Shown here piece by piece: positions 40,784 to 51,174 of a stretch of 64,000 nucleotides of DNA. The stretch comes from Pirellulales bacterium (GTDB lineage: Bacteria; Planctomycetota; Planctomycetia; Pirellulales; JAICIG01). Position 1 is the stretch's first letter, and the number at the start of each line of letters is the position of its first letter. The position numbers were made by a program, and so were the translations under genes. Where the stretch lies: positions 96,001-160,000 of the forward strand of contig JBBDYJ010000038.1 of NCBI GenBank assembly GCA_040901675.1. Reading direction: 5' to 3'. The notes beneath the pieces are model-generated. The model worked only from the letters and a program-made list of their open reading frames with translations. It had not been told where the DNA came from and did no database searches.

Positions 40784-42592
40784 TTAAAAGTCCGAAGACC
40801 GGTATATATAAATAGACCACCCGGCGTGCCCGACGGGCTGAAACTGCCGGAAGTACTGGTAGCCAGACTGGCCGAGCGATCGCGTACCACCGGCACCGTC
40901 AAACGCGAACAACCCGTATCCGTGCAAGTAGTTCACGCTCACGGCGTACCAGCCCGGAGGCAACTTCGGCGGCGGGTGAGAGCCATCGACTGCGGCGACG
41001 CCTTCCGGGGGCAATGTGTATTCGATCCTTAACAATCGAGGATCCATGCTGCCAGAGTAGGCCAACTTGAGCGGTCTTGCCTCCGGATGCTCATCGAGCC
41101 ATTGCTTCAGATACAGTAGATCCTGTCCCCAGTCGATGTTGCTGTCAATCAGGCGAGCACCGCCATTGGGCGGTCCCCCGGCTAATTCATTGAAGTACGA
41201 CAGGCTGTGTGGAAACACTGACACGCTGCTCAACAGAAACCAGGTCAACGCCGCCCCGCCGAGTGCTGGGGCTCTCCATTGCCGTCGATTGATCTTGATT
41301 AAGAGGGCTGACTTACTCGCCCAAATAAACAGGAACGGCAGAATGGGCATGACGTAGCGGAAATGGTTCAGACATGTAGACCACGACACGGCGGTTAGAA
41401 ACCCGACGACCGGCAAAATCAAGAACATCTCATCTCTCCAGCTTTGCTGGCGAGAATCTAATGCCGTGGATTTGCCGCGCCGCGATAGGGTGGCCACAGC
41501 GGACAAGGCAAATAGGGCCCAGATTGCCAAGGGTGTCTTCATCGCCAACGCGCTCAGGTAATAGTGCCACCATCCGCCGTCGCTCCACTCGCCGTGCAGA
41601 TAGATACGGTGCTTTTGTAGCACAGTGCTTTGAATCTCGGCCAAACCACGTAGGTAGTCCCACGGCAGAGGCGCGCGGATGGAGCGCGCCCAATCCCAGC
41701 GTGGAACGCGGCTTGGATGGTCGAGTAATCCCGTGTCTCCGATAGGCTGCAGTGTGAATGTGAATCCATAGGCAATGTTAATGATGTAAAGACTTGCCAG
41801 CGCCATCACTCCCACCTGAACCGCCTCGTGAAGCCATCGCTTGCGCGTGGACGCGCTTTTATCCAACAGACGCCACAGCACCCAAATGAGCGGCCACAGC
41901 GCATAGAGCATGAGCCATACAAACTTCGTCGATTCGGCTAGTCCGAGTAGCACACCACACCAAACCGTCTGGGGCCAGCTCGGAGTCCGCAGCCATAACC
42001 AAAAAGCGTAGAATGCGGCAAGTCCTACGGCAGTGGTGGCCACGTCTGCCGTGACCAATGGAGCGTGGGCCAGGATATTGGGGCAGAAGCACCAGAGGCC
42101 CAGCGCTAAGTATGCGGATCTACGTCCGTACAAGCGTCCGGCCCAGCAATAAGAAATGATCGCGCCGAGGACACTGAAGGGAATGCAGGCCAAACGTGCT
42201 GCCATGACAAGCTTTAGCGATCGTTCGCCGTTGGCCTTCAAAAAATCGCTTCCGACCGCGAAGGAAGCAGGTACTCGCGTCCAGTCCGACTCGTATCCCA
42301 GCGCCATGACCGGCAGGGCGGCGAGCATTCCCACCGTCGGAGGATTGCCTCGGTCCAGATCGAACTTTCCTTCGGACCAGCGTCGAATGCCAGCGGCAAG
42401 ATGCAATGGTTCGTCCGCTGTCGGCGAATGCCGGGAGGCACCCAGCGCCAAGAGCATGACGTGAATGACAAGCACCCCTCCCACGATGTATCTCTGGAAG
42501 CCCACGGGGGGCCTCGAACCATGACGAGCAAACGCCGTCGTGGACCGTGTCGTCGTCTGTGCGGACTGTCCTTGCTGGTTCACCGGTTGCAT
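40784..42592 (-). CDS. GT-C fold glycosyltransferase (GT39/PMT-ArnT-like)
   Basis: TM1 followed by SPTADEPLHL (DE motif), NPP, many TM helices, DSNIDWGQDL and PGWYAVSVN. Confidence 0.82.
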   Translation of the reverse strand: MQPVNQQGQSAQTTTRSTTAFARHGSRPPVGFQRYIVGGVLVIHVMLLALGASRHSPTADEPLHLAAGIRRWSEGKFDLDRGNPPTVGMLAALPVMALGYESDWTRVPASFAVGSDFLKANGERSLKLVMAARLACIPFSVLGAIISYCWAGRLYGRRSAYLALGLWCFCPNILAHAPLVTADVATTAVGLAAFYAFWLWLRTPSWPQTVWCGVLLGLAESTKFVWLMLYALWPLIWVLWRLLDKSASTRKRWLHEAVQVGVMALASLYIINIAYGFTFTLQPIGDTGLLDHPSRVPRWDWARSIRAPLPWDYLRGLAEIQSTVLQKHRIYLHGEWSDGGWWHYYLSALAMKTPLAIWALFALSAVATLSRRGKSTALDSRQQSWRDEMFLILPVVGFLTAVSWSTCLNHFRYVMPILPFLFIWASKSALLIKINRRQWRAPALGGAALTWFLLSSVSVFPHSLSYFNELAGGPPNGGARLIDSNIDWGQDLLYLKQWLDEHPEARPLKLAYSGSMDPRLLRIEYTLPPEGVAAVDGSHPPPKLPPGWYAVSVNYLHGYGLFAFDGAGGTRSLGQSGYQYFRQFQPVGHAGWSIYIYRSSDF

Positions 42593-42809
42593 CCCCTTGC
42601 CGATGCCTCTGTCTCGCTGAGCAGAGTTGACGCGAACCATGCCGTCTACGACAATGGAACTCGCAACCGCCCACTCGCTTTGCCGGGAGCGGGCTGCTTG
42701 TCAGTCCTGTGGCGAGCCGCCTGCCCGGATGGTACTGCCGAAAGCCTCCGTTTTCAACCCGGATTGGCACTTAGGGCGGCGCGGGAGAAAACGCGGGGGA
42801 GCCCGAAAT

Positions 42810-43985
42810 ATGCAGTGTGAACTGACCACTGTCAGTCTGGGCAAAGACGCTCCCCTGGTGTCCGTCGTGATCCCCTGCTTGAATGAAGAGCGCACCGTCG
42901 GGGCTTGCATCCAGGCGGCACGGGCCTCGCTTACCCGGCTCGGCATAGCGGGCGAGGTGCTGGTGTCCGACAACGGCTCGACGGACCGGTCGGTGAATAT
43001 GGCTCGCGAGGCGGGTGCCCGCGTTGTCCACTGTCCACGCTTAGGCTATGGCCATGCCGTCCGGTTCGGCGTTGAGCAGTCGCGAGGCCAATTCGTCGTG
43101 ATGGGGGACGGCGATGGCAGCTACGATTTCGCGTCAATCGATCCATTCATCTGCCGGCTTCAGGAGGGGGCACACCTGGTGATGGGCAATCGGTTCCAGG
43201 GAGGTATCCAGGCCGGCGCGATGCCATGGAAGAACCGATATATCGGCAATCCGGCCCTCACCTGGCTACTGAACGCCCTATTCGGCACGAGGATCGGAGA
43301 TGCTCATTGCGGACTGAGGGGCTTCACACGGGGCGCTTTCGACCGCATGCGGCTCGAGTCGGCTGGCATGGAACTGGCGAGCGAAATGGTCGTTAAGGCG
43401 GCTCGGATCGGTTTGAGCGTGCAGGAGGTCCCAACCGTCCTCTGGCCCGACGGCCGGGACAGGCCGCCGCACCTGCGACCTTGGCGGGATGGATGGCGCC
43501 ACCTCAAGCTGCTGTTGATGTTCAGTCCGCTCCATCTGTTCTTGTTGCCAGCCGTGGTGCTTCTGCTCGCCGGGCTGCTGCTCACCGTCCCCCTTGCGGC
43601 CGGTCCCTTGCGGATTGGCTCCGCACGATTCGACATGCACTGGATGGTGCTCGGTGTCCTGCTCGTGCTGCTGGGATTGCAGATCCTCTACTTCGGCGTG
43701 GCCGCACGTTGCTACACCGTTTGGCACCGATTTCCCATGCCGGACCGATGGCTGGACATTCTCGCGCCCCGCGTTCACCTTGAGCACGGGCTGCTCATTG
43801 GGGGCGTTCTCAGCTTCGCCGGGTTGGCGATCGACATATGGGTCTTAATCGACTGGGTCGATGTCGGGTTTGGCGCATTGCAGCGGGTGAGGCCCGCTCT
43901 CTTGGCGACGGCCATGATCGCCGCGGGCGTCCAAACGGTATTCTTCTCGTTCTTCATGGCAATTATGAAGGACAAGCAGCACTAA
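42810..43985 (+). CDS. GT2 polyprenyl-phosphate glycosyltransferase (DPM1-like) with C-terminal TM helices
   Basis: SVVIPCLNEE, DNGSTD, GYG, MGDGDGSY, DAHCGLRGF and ELASEM. Confidence 0.88.
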   Translation: MQCELTTVSLGKDAPLVSVVIPCLNEERTVGACIQAARASLTRLGIAGEVLVSDNGSTDRSVNMAREAGARVVHCPRLGYGHAVRFGVEQSRGQFVVMGDGDGSYDFASIDPFICRLQEGAHLVMGNRFQGGIQAGAMPWKNRYIGNPALTWLLNALFGTRIGDAHCGLRGFTRGAFDRMRLESAGMELASEMVVKAARIGLSVQEVPTVLWPDGRDRPPHLRPWRDGWRHLKLLLMFSPLHLFLLPAVVLLLAGLLLTVPLAAGPLRIGSARFDMHWMVLGVLLVLLGLQILYFGVAARCYTVWHRFPMPDRWLDILAPRVHLEHGLLIGGVLSFAGLAIDIWVLIDWVDVGFGALQRVRPALLATAMIAAGVQTVFFSFFMAIMKDKQH

Positions 43986-43997
43986 TCCTGGTCTGCC

Positions 43998-45044
43998 GTG
44001 GACGTCCTGCATCCGATCACCGTAGCCGCTAACACGCCTCGCCCGCAGAGGCAGCGGTCGAAGGCAATCTGGCTGTCGATCATCGTTCCGACCTATAACG
44101 GGGCCCGCTTTCTCCGCGCGGCCCTGGACAGCGTGGCGTCTCAGGTAGACGACGGCGTGGAGGTCATTGCCGTGGACGATGGGTCGACCGACTCGACTCC
44201 GGCGATTCTACGATCGTACGCCAAACGTCTGCCCCTTTGCATCGTGTCCCGGGAGCACCGCGGCAATTGGGTGGCCAATGCGAACTACGGCCTTTCGATT
44301 GCCAAGGGCGAATACATTTCTTTGTTGCACCAGGACGATCTTTGGGCCCCCCAAAGATTAGCGATTTTGAAAGGGATGACATCGCAGTACCCGGCGGCGC
44401 CCATGACGCTGCACCCCTCCTGGTTCATCGATGTGCAAGGACGCAAAGTCGGGGGCTGGCGCCCGCCGTTCCCCACGGTTTCCCAAGAACTTTCGGGGGC
44501 GATGGTGTTCGAGCGGTTGCTCGTGCAGAACTTTATTTGCGTGGCCGCTCCCCTGTTCCGAGCCGAAACTGTCGCAAAGCTGGGTGGGCTGGACGAGACA
44601 CTTTGGTACGTGGCGGACTGGGACCTCTGGCTAAAAATCGCCTCGACGGGGAGCATCGTGTACCATCCTAGGCCGCTTGTCGCCTTCCGCGTCCACTCGG
44701 AATCGCAGACTTGGGCACGTGCCGGACAAGTCCTGGAACTCCGCCGGCAGTACAATGTCGTCCTTGGCCGGCATCTGGTGCCGTGGGAAGCGAGACCGCC
44801 GACCAATCCGGTGGTCGCGCGCGTCGCACGCTATTCAGTCGAAGTGAATCTGGCTTTGGCCGCCCGCGCTCACCGTAAGCCTGTAGACGTATTCCGGCTG
44901 TTCGGGGCTTTCATCGCCTTGGGGCCCATGGGCTGGACGCGCTATCTCCGCGACTCGCGGATCGGTGAGCGCGTCTTCTCCCGATGGCGTGCTGGCCTAA
45001 TATCAAGGGGCAAGGGATACCATGACGCTCGCGACAAAGCTTAG
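43998..45044 (+). CDS. GT2 glycosyltransferase
   Basis: SIIVPTYNG, VDDGSTD, LHQDD, DWDLWL and FRVH. Confidence 0.88.
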   Translation: MDVLHPITVAANTPRPQRQRSKAIWLSIIVPTYNGARFLRAALDSVASQVDDGVEVIAVDDGSTDSTPAILRSYAKRLPLCIVSREHRGNWVANANYGLSIAKGEYISLLHQDDLWAPQRLAILKGMTSQYPAAPMTLHPSWFIDVQGRKVGGWRPPFPTVSQELSGAMVFERLLVQNFICVAAPLFRAETVAKLGGLDETLWYVADWDLWLKIASTGSIVYHPRPLVAFRVHSESQTWARAGQVLELRRQYNVVLGRHLVPWEARPPTNPVVARVARYSVEVNLALAARAHRKPVDVFRLFGAFIALGPMGWTRYLRDSRIGERVFSRWRAGLISRGKGYHDARDKA

Positions 45045-45792
45045 GGCGATTCGTATGTTGGTGGCAAACAATGGGCTTCGCTGGACGCTGCTGTTCAGCG
45101 CCAGTGCGGTGCTGACTGGCGTTGTGGCTGCAATTGAGCGGCGGCTCCGGCTGCTGGAGTCGCGGCATGGGCTGCCAGGATTCTACGCGCCATGGGTGGC
45201 CGGCAAGCTGTGGGACCTCTACGACTGGAGGCGAGGTGGCGAAGAGTGGACCGCATCGGCCGAATGGAAAGATGCGCTCGTTGATAGCGTGATGTACCGG
45301 TGGCTTGATCCGGGTGCCACGGTCCTGGAGATCGGCCCTGGGGCCGGCCGCTGGACGGAAGCGCTCGTGCGGCTTGCCAGCCGGCTGATCCTGGTGGATG
45401 TCTCCGCTCGGTCATTGGATGTCTGCCGCGGCCGCTTCGCAGGCGTCCCAAACATCGAATACCACGTGAACGACGGGGCGGCCCTTACCGCCGTCCTCGA
45501 CGAGGCCGTGGATTTCATCTGGTCATTCGACGTGTTCGTCCATATCTCCGCCGAGACTACGGCTGGCTACATCAAGGAGTTCCGGCGCGTACTGCGCCCG
45601 GGAGGGCGTGCGATCATCCACCATACAGCCGACGGAGGGTGGCAAGGGCGGTGGAGGACGCGGATGACCGCTGAAATGTTTCGGGAGCTCGTCCGCGACC
45701 AGGGGTTGGTTCCGCTCGAGCAGTTCACGGCCTGGGGGGACCAGTCCCAATTCCGCGTTCCCGGCGACGCGATCACCGTCATCACGAAATGA
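45022..45792 (+). CDS. Class I SAM-dependent methyltransferase
   Basis: VLEIGPGAGRW, VDVS, SFDVFVH and RVLRPGG. Confidence 0.88.
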   Translation: MTLATKLRAIRMLVANNGLRWTLLFSASAVLTGVVAAIERRLRLLESRHGLPGFYAPWVAGKLWDLYDWRRGGEEWTASAEWKDALVDSVMYRWLDPGATVLEIGPGAGRWTEALVRLASRLILVDVSARSLDVCRGRFAGVPNIEYHVNDGAALTAVLDEAVDFIWSFDVFVHISAETTAGYIKEFRRVLRPGGRAIIHHTADGGWQGRWRTRMTAEMFRELVRDQGLVPLEQFTAWGDQSQFRVPGDAITVITK

Positions 45793-45885
45793 GCCGAAAA
45801 GCTGCTCGGCACGAGGCGTGAATCATTGCGGCCGGGACCACCGTCTAGCCGATTGTCCCTTTGCCCTTCCCGGATATTCTTTGGC

Positions 45886-47634
45886 ATGCGTGTTCCAATC
45901 CGTGTTGCCGCCGTCATGCTGCTCGTGCTGCACGCGGGCCTGTTGGCTTGGGCGGCCGCACGGCAAGCGCCGACTTACGACGAGGTCGCCTGGTTGCCCG
46001 CCGGGATTTGCCATTGGCAATTGGGGCGGTTTGATCTGGGGAGGGTCAATCCGCCATTGCCGCGGATGATTGCGGCCCTGCCGGTTTTGGCCGTGGGCGC
46101 GCAAACCGACTGGACTCGCTTCTCGGGCGAGCCGGGTTCGAGGGCCGAGTTCGCCGTCGGCCGCGACTTCATGCAGGCCAACGGCCCGCGATCCTTTTGG
46201 CTCTTCACACTCGCCCGCTGGGCTTCGATCCCCTTTAGCCTCTTGGCCGGCTGGGTTTGCTATTCCTGGGGCACGCACCTCTATGGGAGGGGTGCTGGGT
46301 TGATGTCGCTTGTGCTGTGGTGCTTCTCCCCGATCGTGTTGGCGAACGCGGGACTCGTGACGGCCGACGTGCCCTCGGCTGCGTTGGGCCTGACTGCGAC
46401 GTATTCATTCTGGCGCTATCTCCACCGTCCCAGGATCAGCGCGGCTGTTGGCGCGGGTGTGCTGCTGGGGCTGGCCGAGCTGACCAAGACCACGCTGCTC
46501 GCATGGTATCTGGTGTGGCCCATGCTGTGGGCGGCCCGGCACCGGCGGCAAGACACCGACGCACCCGGTCGAGTCGCGAAATGGTACGACCTGTTACTTA
46601 TCGCAGTGATCAGCCTGTACGTGATGAACCTCGGGTATTGGTTCGAGGGTTCGTTCACCAAGCTCGATCGCCTCCAGTTCGTGAGTCACGCGTTGGCAGG
46701 CGATGGGCGGGGCCTCGGCTGGGGCAACCGCTTTTCGGGAACTGCCCTGGGAGAATTGCCGCTGCCGTTGCCGGTCAACCATCTACTTGGGATTGACCAG
46801 GTCAAGGCCCAATTCGAACTCGGAAGTCCCACATACCTCCGCGGTCGCTGGAAGCACGGCGGTTGGTGGTACTACTATGTCTATGCGCTTGTCGTGAAAA
46901 CGCCGCTGGGAACGTGGCTTCTGGCGATCCTCGCCCTAGCTGCCACGATGCTCGCGCGCGGCTATCGGGCGGATTGGCGCGACGAGCTCACGCTATTGCT
47001 GCCGCCGTGCGCGATCCTGGTGTTCGTGAGCTCACAGACGGGATTCGCAACGATGCGTTACCTACTGCCGGCAGCGCCGTTTGCGTTTATATGGATGGGG
47101 AAGCTGGCGCGGGCTGTTGAGATCAGGCACCGCGTGCTGGCCAAGGTTGCGCTGTTCGCGCTCTCATGGACCGTCACCAGCAGCCTTGCCGTGTATCCGC
47201 ACAGCCTGGCATACTTCAATGAATTGGGCGGCGGCCCTCTCGGGGGTCCTGCACATCTGGTGGACAGCAATATCGACTGGGGACAGGATCTTCTCTATCT
47301 AAAGCGGTGGATCGAGCGGCATCCAGGCGCGCGCCGTCTGCACGTTGCCTATTCAGGTCTGGTTGATCCCAGACTGGCTGGGATTGAGTTCAAGCTCCCT
47401 AAAAAGGCACCCGCTGCCGGGGCGCACGAGCTTGGCAATCAATCGTTTGTTGAACCCGGCTGGTACGCCATAAGCGTCAATGTATTGCGGGGCCTTCCAG
47501 CAGCCATCCCGGACGGCCAGGGTGGCTGGCAGGGCGCCGCTACGGGTGATTATGCGTACTTCCGAGACTACGACCCCGTTGCCCGGGCCGGTTACACGAT
47601 CTATATTTATCACTTTGATGAAGGTCGGCACTGA
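45886..47634 (+). CDS. GT-C fold glycosyltransferase (GT39-like), paralog of 40784-42592
   Basis: PTYDEVAWL, VNPPL, DSNIDWGQDLLYLK and PGWYAISVN. Confidence 0.82.
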   Translation: MRVPIRVAAVMLLVLHAGLLAWAAARQAPTYDEVAWLPAGICHWQLGRFDLGRVNPPLPRMIAALPVLAVGAQTDWTRFSGEPGSRAEFAVGRDFMQANGPRSFWLFTLARWASIPFSLLAGWVCYSWGTHLYGRGAGLMSLVLWCFSPIVLANAGLVTADVPSAALGLTATYSFWRYLHRPRISAAVGAGVLLGLAELTKTTLLAWYLVWPMLWAARHRRQDTDAPGRVAKWYDLLLIAVISLYVMNLGYWFEGSFTKLDRLQFVSHALAGDGRGLGWGNRFSGTALGELPLPLPVNHLLGIDQVKAQFELGSPTYLRGRWKHGGWWYYYVYALVVKTPLGTWLLAILALAATMLARGYRADWRDELTLLLPPCAILVFVSSQTGFATMRYLLPAAPFAFIWMGKLARAVEIRHRVLAKVALFALSWTVTSSLAVYPHSLAYFNELGGGPLGGPAHLVDSNIDWGQDLLYLKRWIERHPGARRLHVAYSGLVDPRLAGIEFKLPKKAPAAGAHELGNQSFVEPGWYAISVNVLRGLPAAIPDGQGGWQGAATGDYAYFRDYDPVARAGYTIYIYHFDEGRH

Positions 47635-47726
47635 CACGATGCCCGCTGTAGAACTGTTTGCCTGCCGTCCGCCCATCTACGGTCGCCGCGGTGAAATTCG
47701 CGTGGCCTCCGGTTCTGCGACTGCGC

Positions 47727-48419
47727 TCACGGCATCATCCGTTTGCGGCCCACGAACATCAACTTTCCCCAAGCGATCCTTTCCACAACGGGGTCGAACC
47801 GCTCACTTAGGGCTTTGAGCACCACCGCGGGGTTGGCCAGCCAAGAGGTATAGGTGGAATGCTCGTGTTCGTTCATGATGGCTAGGCAGTCGATCTTGTA
47901 GGACAACCGCCGGGCCAGTTGGCTGCGACAGAGCACGTGAACGAAGGCCAGAAACGGCGTCATCCAGGGCTCGACAGCCACGAATAGACCTCCCCGGACC
48001 AGCACGCGGGACGCTTCTGCCAGCGTCTGTTCAAGGCCCCCCGGCAGACATCCGACGTGGTGCAGCCCGCCCTGCACAATGACGATGTCTTTCGAACCTC
48101 TGTGGAACGGCAGATTGCGGCAATCGCACAGGTATATGCGCGCAGGCCCGCGGTAATGCCCGGCGAGCGAGGGCGAAAGGTCCACCGCTTCCAGTTGCGT
48201 AAAGCCAAGCCTTGACATCGCCTCGAGTCCATTGCCGCGCCCGCAACAAAGCTCAAGGATCCGTGCGTCGCGCGGCCAGTTGAGCGCGCCTAGCTTGCAT
48301 AGGCGGCGCGTAAACTTGTGGATTTCTTCCTTTGGCGTCTCAAACCTTACGTAGGCCGCCTCCCAAGCTTCGTTACAACAAATGCGAGGAGGATCGAATG
48401 CGGTTATGGGCGAATTCAT
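47727..48419 (-). CDS. Class I SAM-dependent methyltransferase
   Basis: ILELCCGRG, VDLS, GGLHH, RVLVRGG and VEP. Confidence 0.85.
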   Translation of the reverse strand: MNSPITAFDPPRICCNEAWEAAYVRFETPKEEIHKFTRRLCKLGALNWPRDARILELCCGRGNGLEAMSRLGFTQLEAVDLSPSLAGHYRGPARIYLCDCRNLPFHRGSKDIVIVQGGLHHVGCLPGGLEQTLAEASRVLVRGGLFVAVEPWMTPFLAFVHVLCRSQLARRLSYKIDCLAIMNEHEHSTYTSWLANPAVVLKALSERFDPVVERIAWGKLMFVGRKRMMP

Positions 48420-48505
48420 TCAATAGCGTTTCATCAAGTAACTGGGGGCACGATTCTCTCTCGTCTCGTCTCAAAAGGAAACGCAGTCAACAGGATGGCA
48501 GAGAA

Positions 48506-50197
48506 TCACGAACCATCGGTTGATTCCTTCAAGACGTACATATCGCGCCATCCACATGGCCAATAGCTCCAATAGTGATATAGCCGATACGGTTTGTACG
48601 GCCGTTGATCGCCGCGTCGAATCGGGCTGGAAAGTGAAACTACGTACTTTGCGGTCACGTCCGGCGCAAGCCGCGAGACCCACCAGGAGTCACTGCTGCG
48701 CGCGCCACGTCCAGGAGTGGCCTGCGACCGCTCGTACATGTGCCAAGCGGTAAACGCGTACCCGGCATCGATCTGATCCGGGTCGACAGCTTCGCGCAAT
48801 AGATCGTCGCCTGCGCGCCACGCCGTGCGCGAAATGGCGTGGATATCGTGCGACCCAGCGAGGCCGTATAATGCCAAGGGCGCGAGGCAGACAGTGAAGG
48901 CCCACCAGTTGACGCGCCCAACGTGCCGCGACAGTAAGCAGAAGAGCGTAACCGCTGTCGGCCCCATCAGGAGCAGGTGCCTGTCGTACTGAATTGGACT
49001 CGTGGCCAGAAGGTAGATGAATTGCCACGCCAGCAGCATCGTCAATAGGCCGGTAACGCACCGCGCAGTGCAGGCTTGGCACTGGCCGTCGTCCGTGCTG
49101 CCACTTTCGATCACTATCCGAGTGAGTACAACGATCGCTAGTACCCCGGCGAGGCTGAAAGCCCAAGACACTGGCGCTCCCCATAGGGCTTCTCGCTCAC
49201 CCAAAATGAATTCATGCTGGGGGAAGAATCCAAACCGCGTAAAGCAGTTCGGCATATAAGGAAAAAGCCTGCCGCGGCCCAACGCATCGTAGGCAAAGAG
49301 CGATAATAGGCCCCAGGCCAGAAACAGCCAGCCATAAGCATGCTTGCCTGGTGGTAACGCGTATGAGCGCCACGGAAGCGAAAAAGCCAGCGGCGCTATG
49401 AATAGCCCCAGGTACACGCCGAGGCCTAGCCCCAGGAACGGCAGCTCGTGCCACAACCGGCCGGCCGCGAACTGCATCACGCGGTCCATCGACCGCTCGA
49501 ACGTCGAGGTCGGGCCGTGACCTGCCTGATACCACCATGAGAAGACGCCCAGCATCGTAATTGCCGGCAAGAAGGCGCAGGCCAGTTCGCTGAGGCCTAA
49601 TCGCCGGGGGCGCCCCGCAAGATACGTAGCAAAAGCGGCCAGCACCAGCATACCCGGTTGGCGAACGAGTCCCGCCATCCCGACTGCAAGCGATCCCAGG
49701 AGAAGCCACACGAGTGGCCGGGGTGTTTGGCCGGCCATGGCTCTGGCATAACACCAGACACCCGTCATGGTCCAGGCAGTTGTCGGCACGTCCGTCATGT
49801 AGGTGTAGGCATGCAAGCAGACGAGCGGATGGAAGATAAAAGTCGCGAGGGCGGCCATAATCATGCCGGTGGCCACGCCGCACATTCTCAAAAGCCGGCA
49901 CAACACGAGGCACTGTGCGGCATGCAGCGAGATCACTGACATCTTGCAGGCGAAGAATGAAAATCCTAATGCCTTTGTGAAGGCCAGCCCCCATGCCACG
50001 TGACCCACCAAGGTCATCGGGTTCCAGTCGAGGATGACCACTCGCCCGTCCCGGTGCAGATGCTCTAGGCTCTTGGCAAACGCCCAGTCGTCCAGGATGG
50101 CATATTCGCCGAATGGCCAAATGACGAGCCCCGCAAACGCAACCATCGCGATGCTCGTCAATTCGGGCGCATAACGTGAAGTGTCCGCCAATCTCAT
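48506..50197 (-). CDS. Polytopic membrane protein, probable GT-C glycosyltransferase
   Basis: TM1 followed by ILDDWAF (DD motif), YMTDVP, LVRQ and YDRHLL; about 12 TM helices. Confidence 0.7.
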   Translation of the reverse strand: MRLADTSRYAPELTSIAMVAFAGLVIWPFGEYAILDDWAFAKSLEHLHRDGRVVILDWNPMTLVGHVAWGLAFTKALGFSFFACKMSVISLHAAQCLVLCRLLRMCGVATGMIMAALATFIFHPLVCLHAYTYMTDVPTTAWTMTGVWCYARAMAGQTPRPLVWLLLGSLAVGMAGLVRQPGMLVLAAFATYLAGRPRRLGLSELACAFLPAITMLGVFSWWYQAGHGPTSTFERSMDRVMQFAAGRLWHELPFLGLGLGVYLGLFIAPLAFSLPWRSYALPPGKHAYGWLFLAWGLLSLFAYDALGRGRLFPYMPNCFTRFGFFPQHEFILGEREALWGAPVSWAFSLAGVLAIVVLTRIVIESGSTDDGQCQACTARCVTGLLTMLLAWQFIYLLATSPIQYDRHLLLMGPTAVTLFCLLSRHVGRVNWWAFTVCLAPLALYGLAGSHDIHAISRTAWRAGDDLLREAVDPDQIDAGYAFTAWHMYERSQATPGRGARSSDSWWVSRLAPDVTAKYVVSLSSPIRRGDQRPYKPYRLYHYWSYWPCGWRDMYVLKESTDGS

Positions 50198-50332
50198 CGT
50201 CGCGTCACGCTCCACCCCCCCCCCGTGCACCGCTCGCCCAAGACTCGGAACGAGCCGGGCTACTGCTTCCTCCGCTCCTTGGCCCCTCCGCTCCAGGTAT
50301 CCCAACTCGTATCCCAACGCCTGCTGGAATCT

Positions 50333-51151
50333 TTACGCCGTCCGCGATGGAGCAGTTTCTGGAGCCAGCCTTCTGCTGGCGCCGTGCGCGGCCGCCAGGC
50401 AGTACCTGGGATTGCGCTCAAAGAGCGGAGATGATCGCAGCCCCCACTTCCAAAGCAGGAACGCACCTGTCGTCGCCAGCACCGCAAGGCCATAGCGCAA
50501 CGAGCGGCGGAAGTCGATCGTGCTCGCGTGGGCAAAATACTTCGTGGGACAAGAGATCTCGCCGATCGAAAAGCCGAACGCTATCGCCTGCGTCAGAATC
50601 TGGTTGTCAAAAACAAAGTCATCTGAATTGGCGCCCAGCGGGAGCGTCTCGATTACGCGGCGGGAAAATGCGCGATAGCCGGTGTGGAACTCCGACAGCC
50701 TGACGCCCAGGCATAGATTCTGCACCCGCGTCAGAATTCGATTGGCCACATATTTATAGAGGGGCATACCTCCGCGCAACGCCGTCCGACCCAGCATTCG
50801 GGAGCCGAGCGCCACATCGTATACGTCACTGGCGACGAGCGCGGCGAGCGCCGCAACCAGGCGCGGATCGTACTGGTAGTCCGGGTGCAGCATGACGACT
50901 ACGTCGGCGCCCGCGGAGATTGCCAGCTCGTAGCACGTCTTCTGGTTCGCCCCGTATCCGAGGTTGCGGGCGTGGGCCGCGGACTTTATTCCAAGCTCGC
51001 GTGCCACCCAGACCGTCTGATCGTCGCTGCAGTCGTCCACAAGCAGCACTTCGTCGACGACGTCGGACGGCATTGCGGCATATGTCCGCCGCAAGGTATG
51101 CTGTGCCCGGTACGCTGGAAGGACGACGACGATCCTCTTGCCATGAAGCAT
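50333..51151 (-). CDS. GT2 glycosyltransferase (DPM1-like)
   Basis: [39 protein letters not shown] and FVFDNQ. Confidence 0.9.
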   Translation of the reverse strand: MLHGKRIVVVLPAYRAQHTLRRTYAAMPSDVVDEVLLVDDCSDDQTVWVARELGIKSAAHARNLGYGANQKTCYELAISAGADVVVMLHPDYQYDPRLVAALAALVASDVYDVALGSRMLGRTALRGGMPLYKYVANRILTRVQNLCLGVRLSEFHTGYRAFSRRVIETLPLGANSDDFVFDNQILTQAIAFGFSIGEISCPTKYFAHASTIDFRRSLRYGLAVLATTGAFLLWKWGLRSSPLFERNPRYCLAAAHGASRRLAPETAPSRTA

Positions 51152-51174
51152 ATATTCTCTGCGGTCGGCCTGGT

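Noticed and set aside
39886..40815. 309-aa plus-strand ORF and small ORFs in 40370-40780
   Set aside because: No recognisable motifs or RBS, and they overlap better-supported genes; treated as intergenic.
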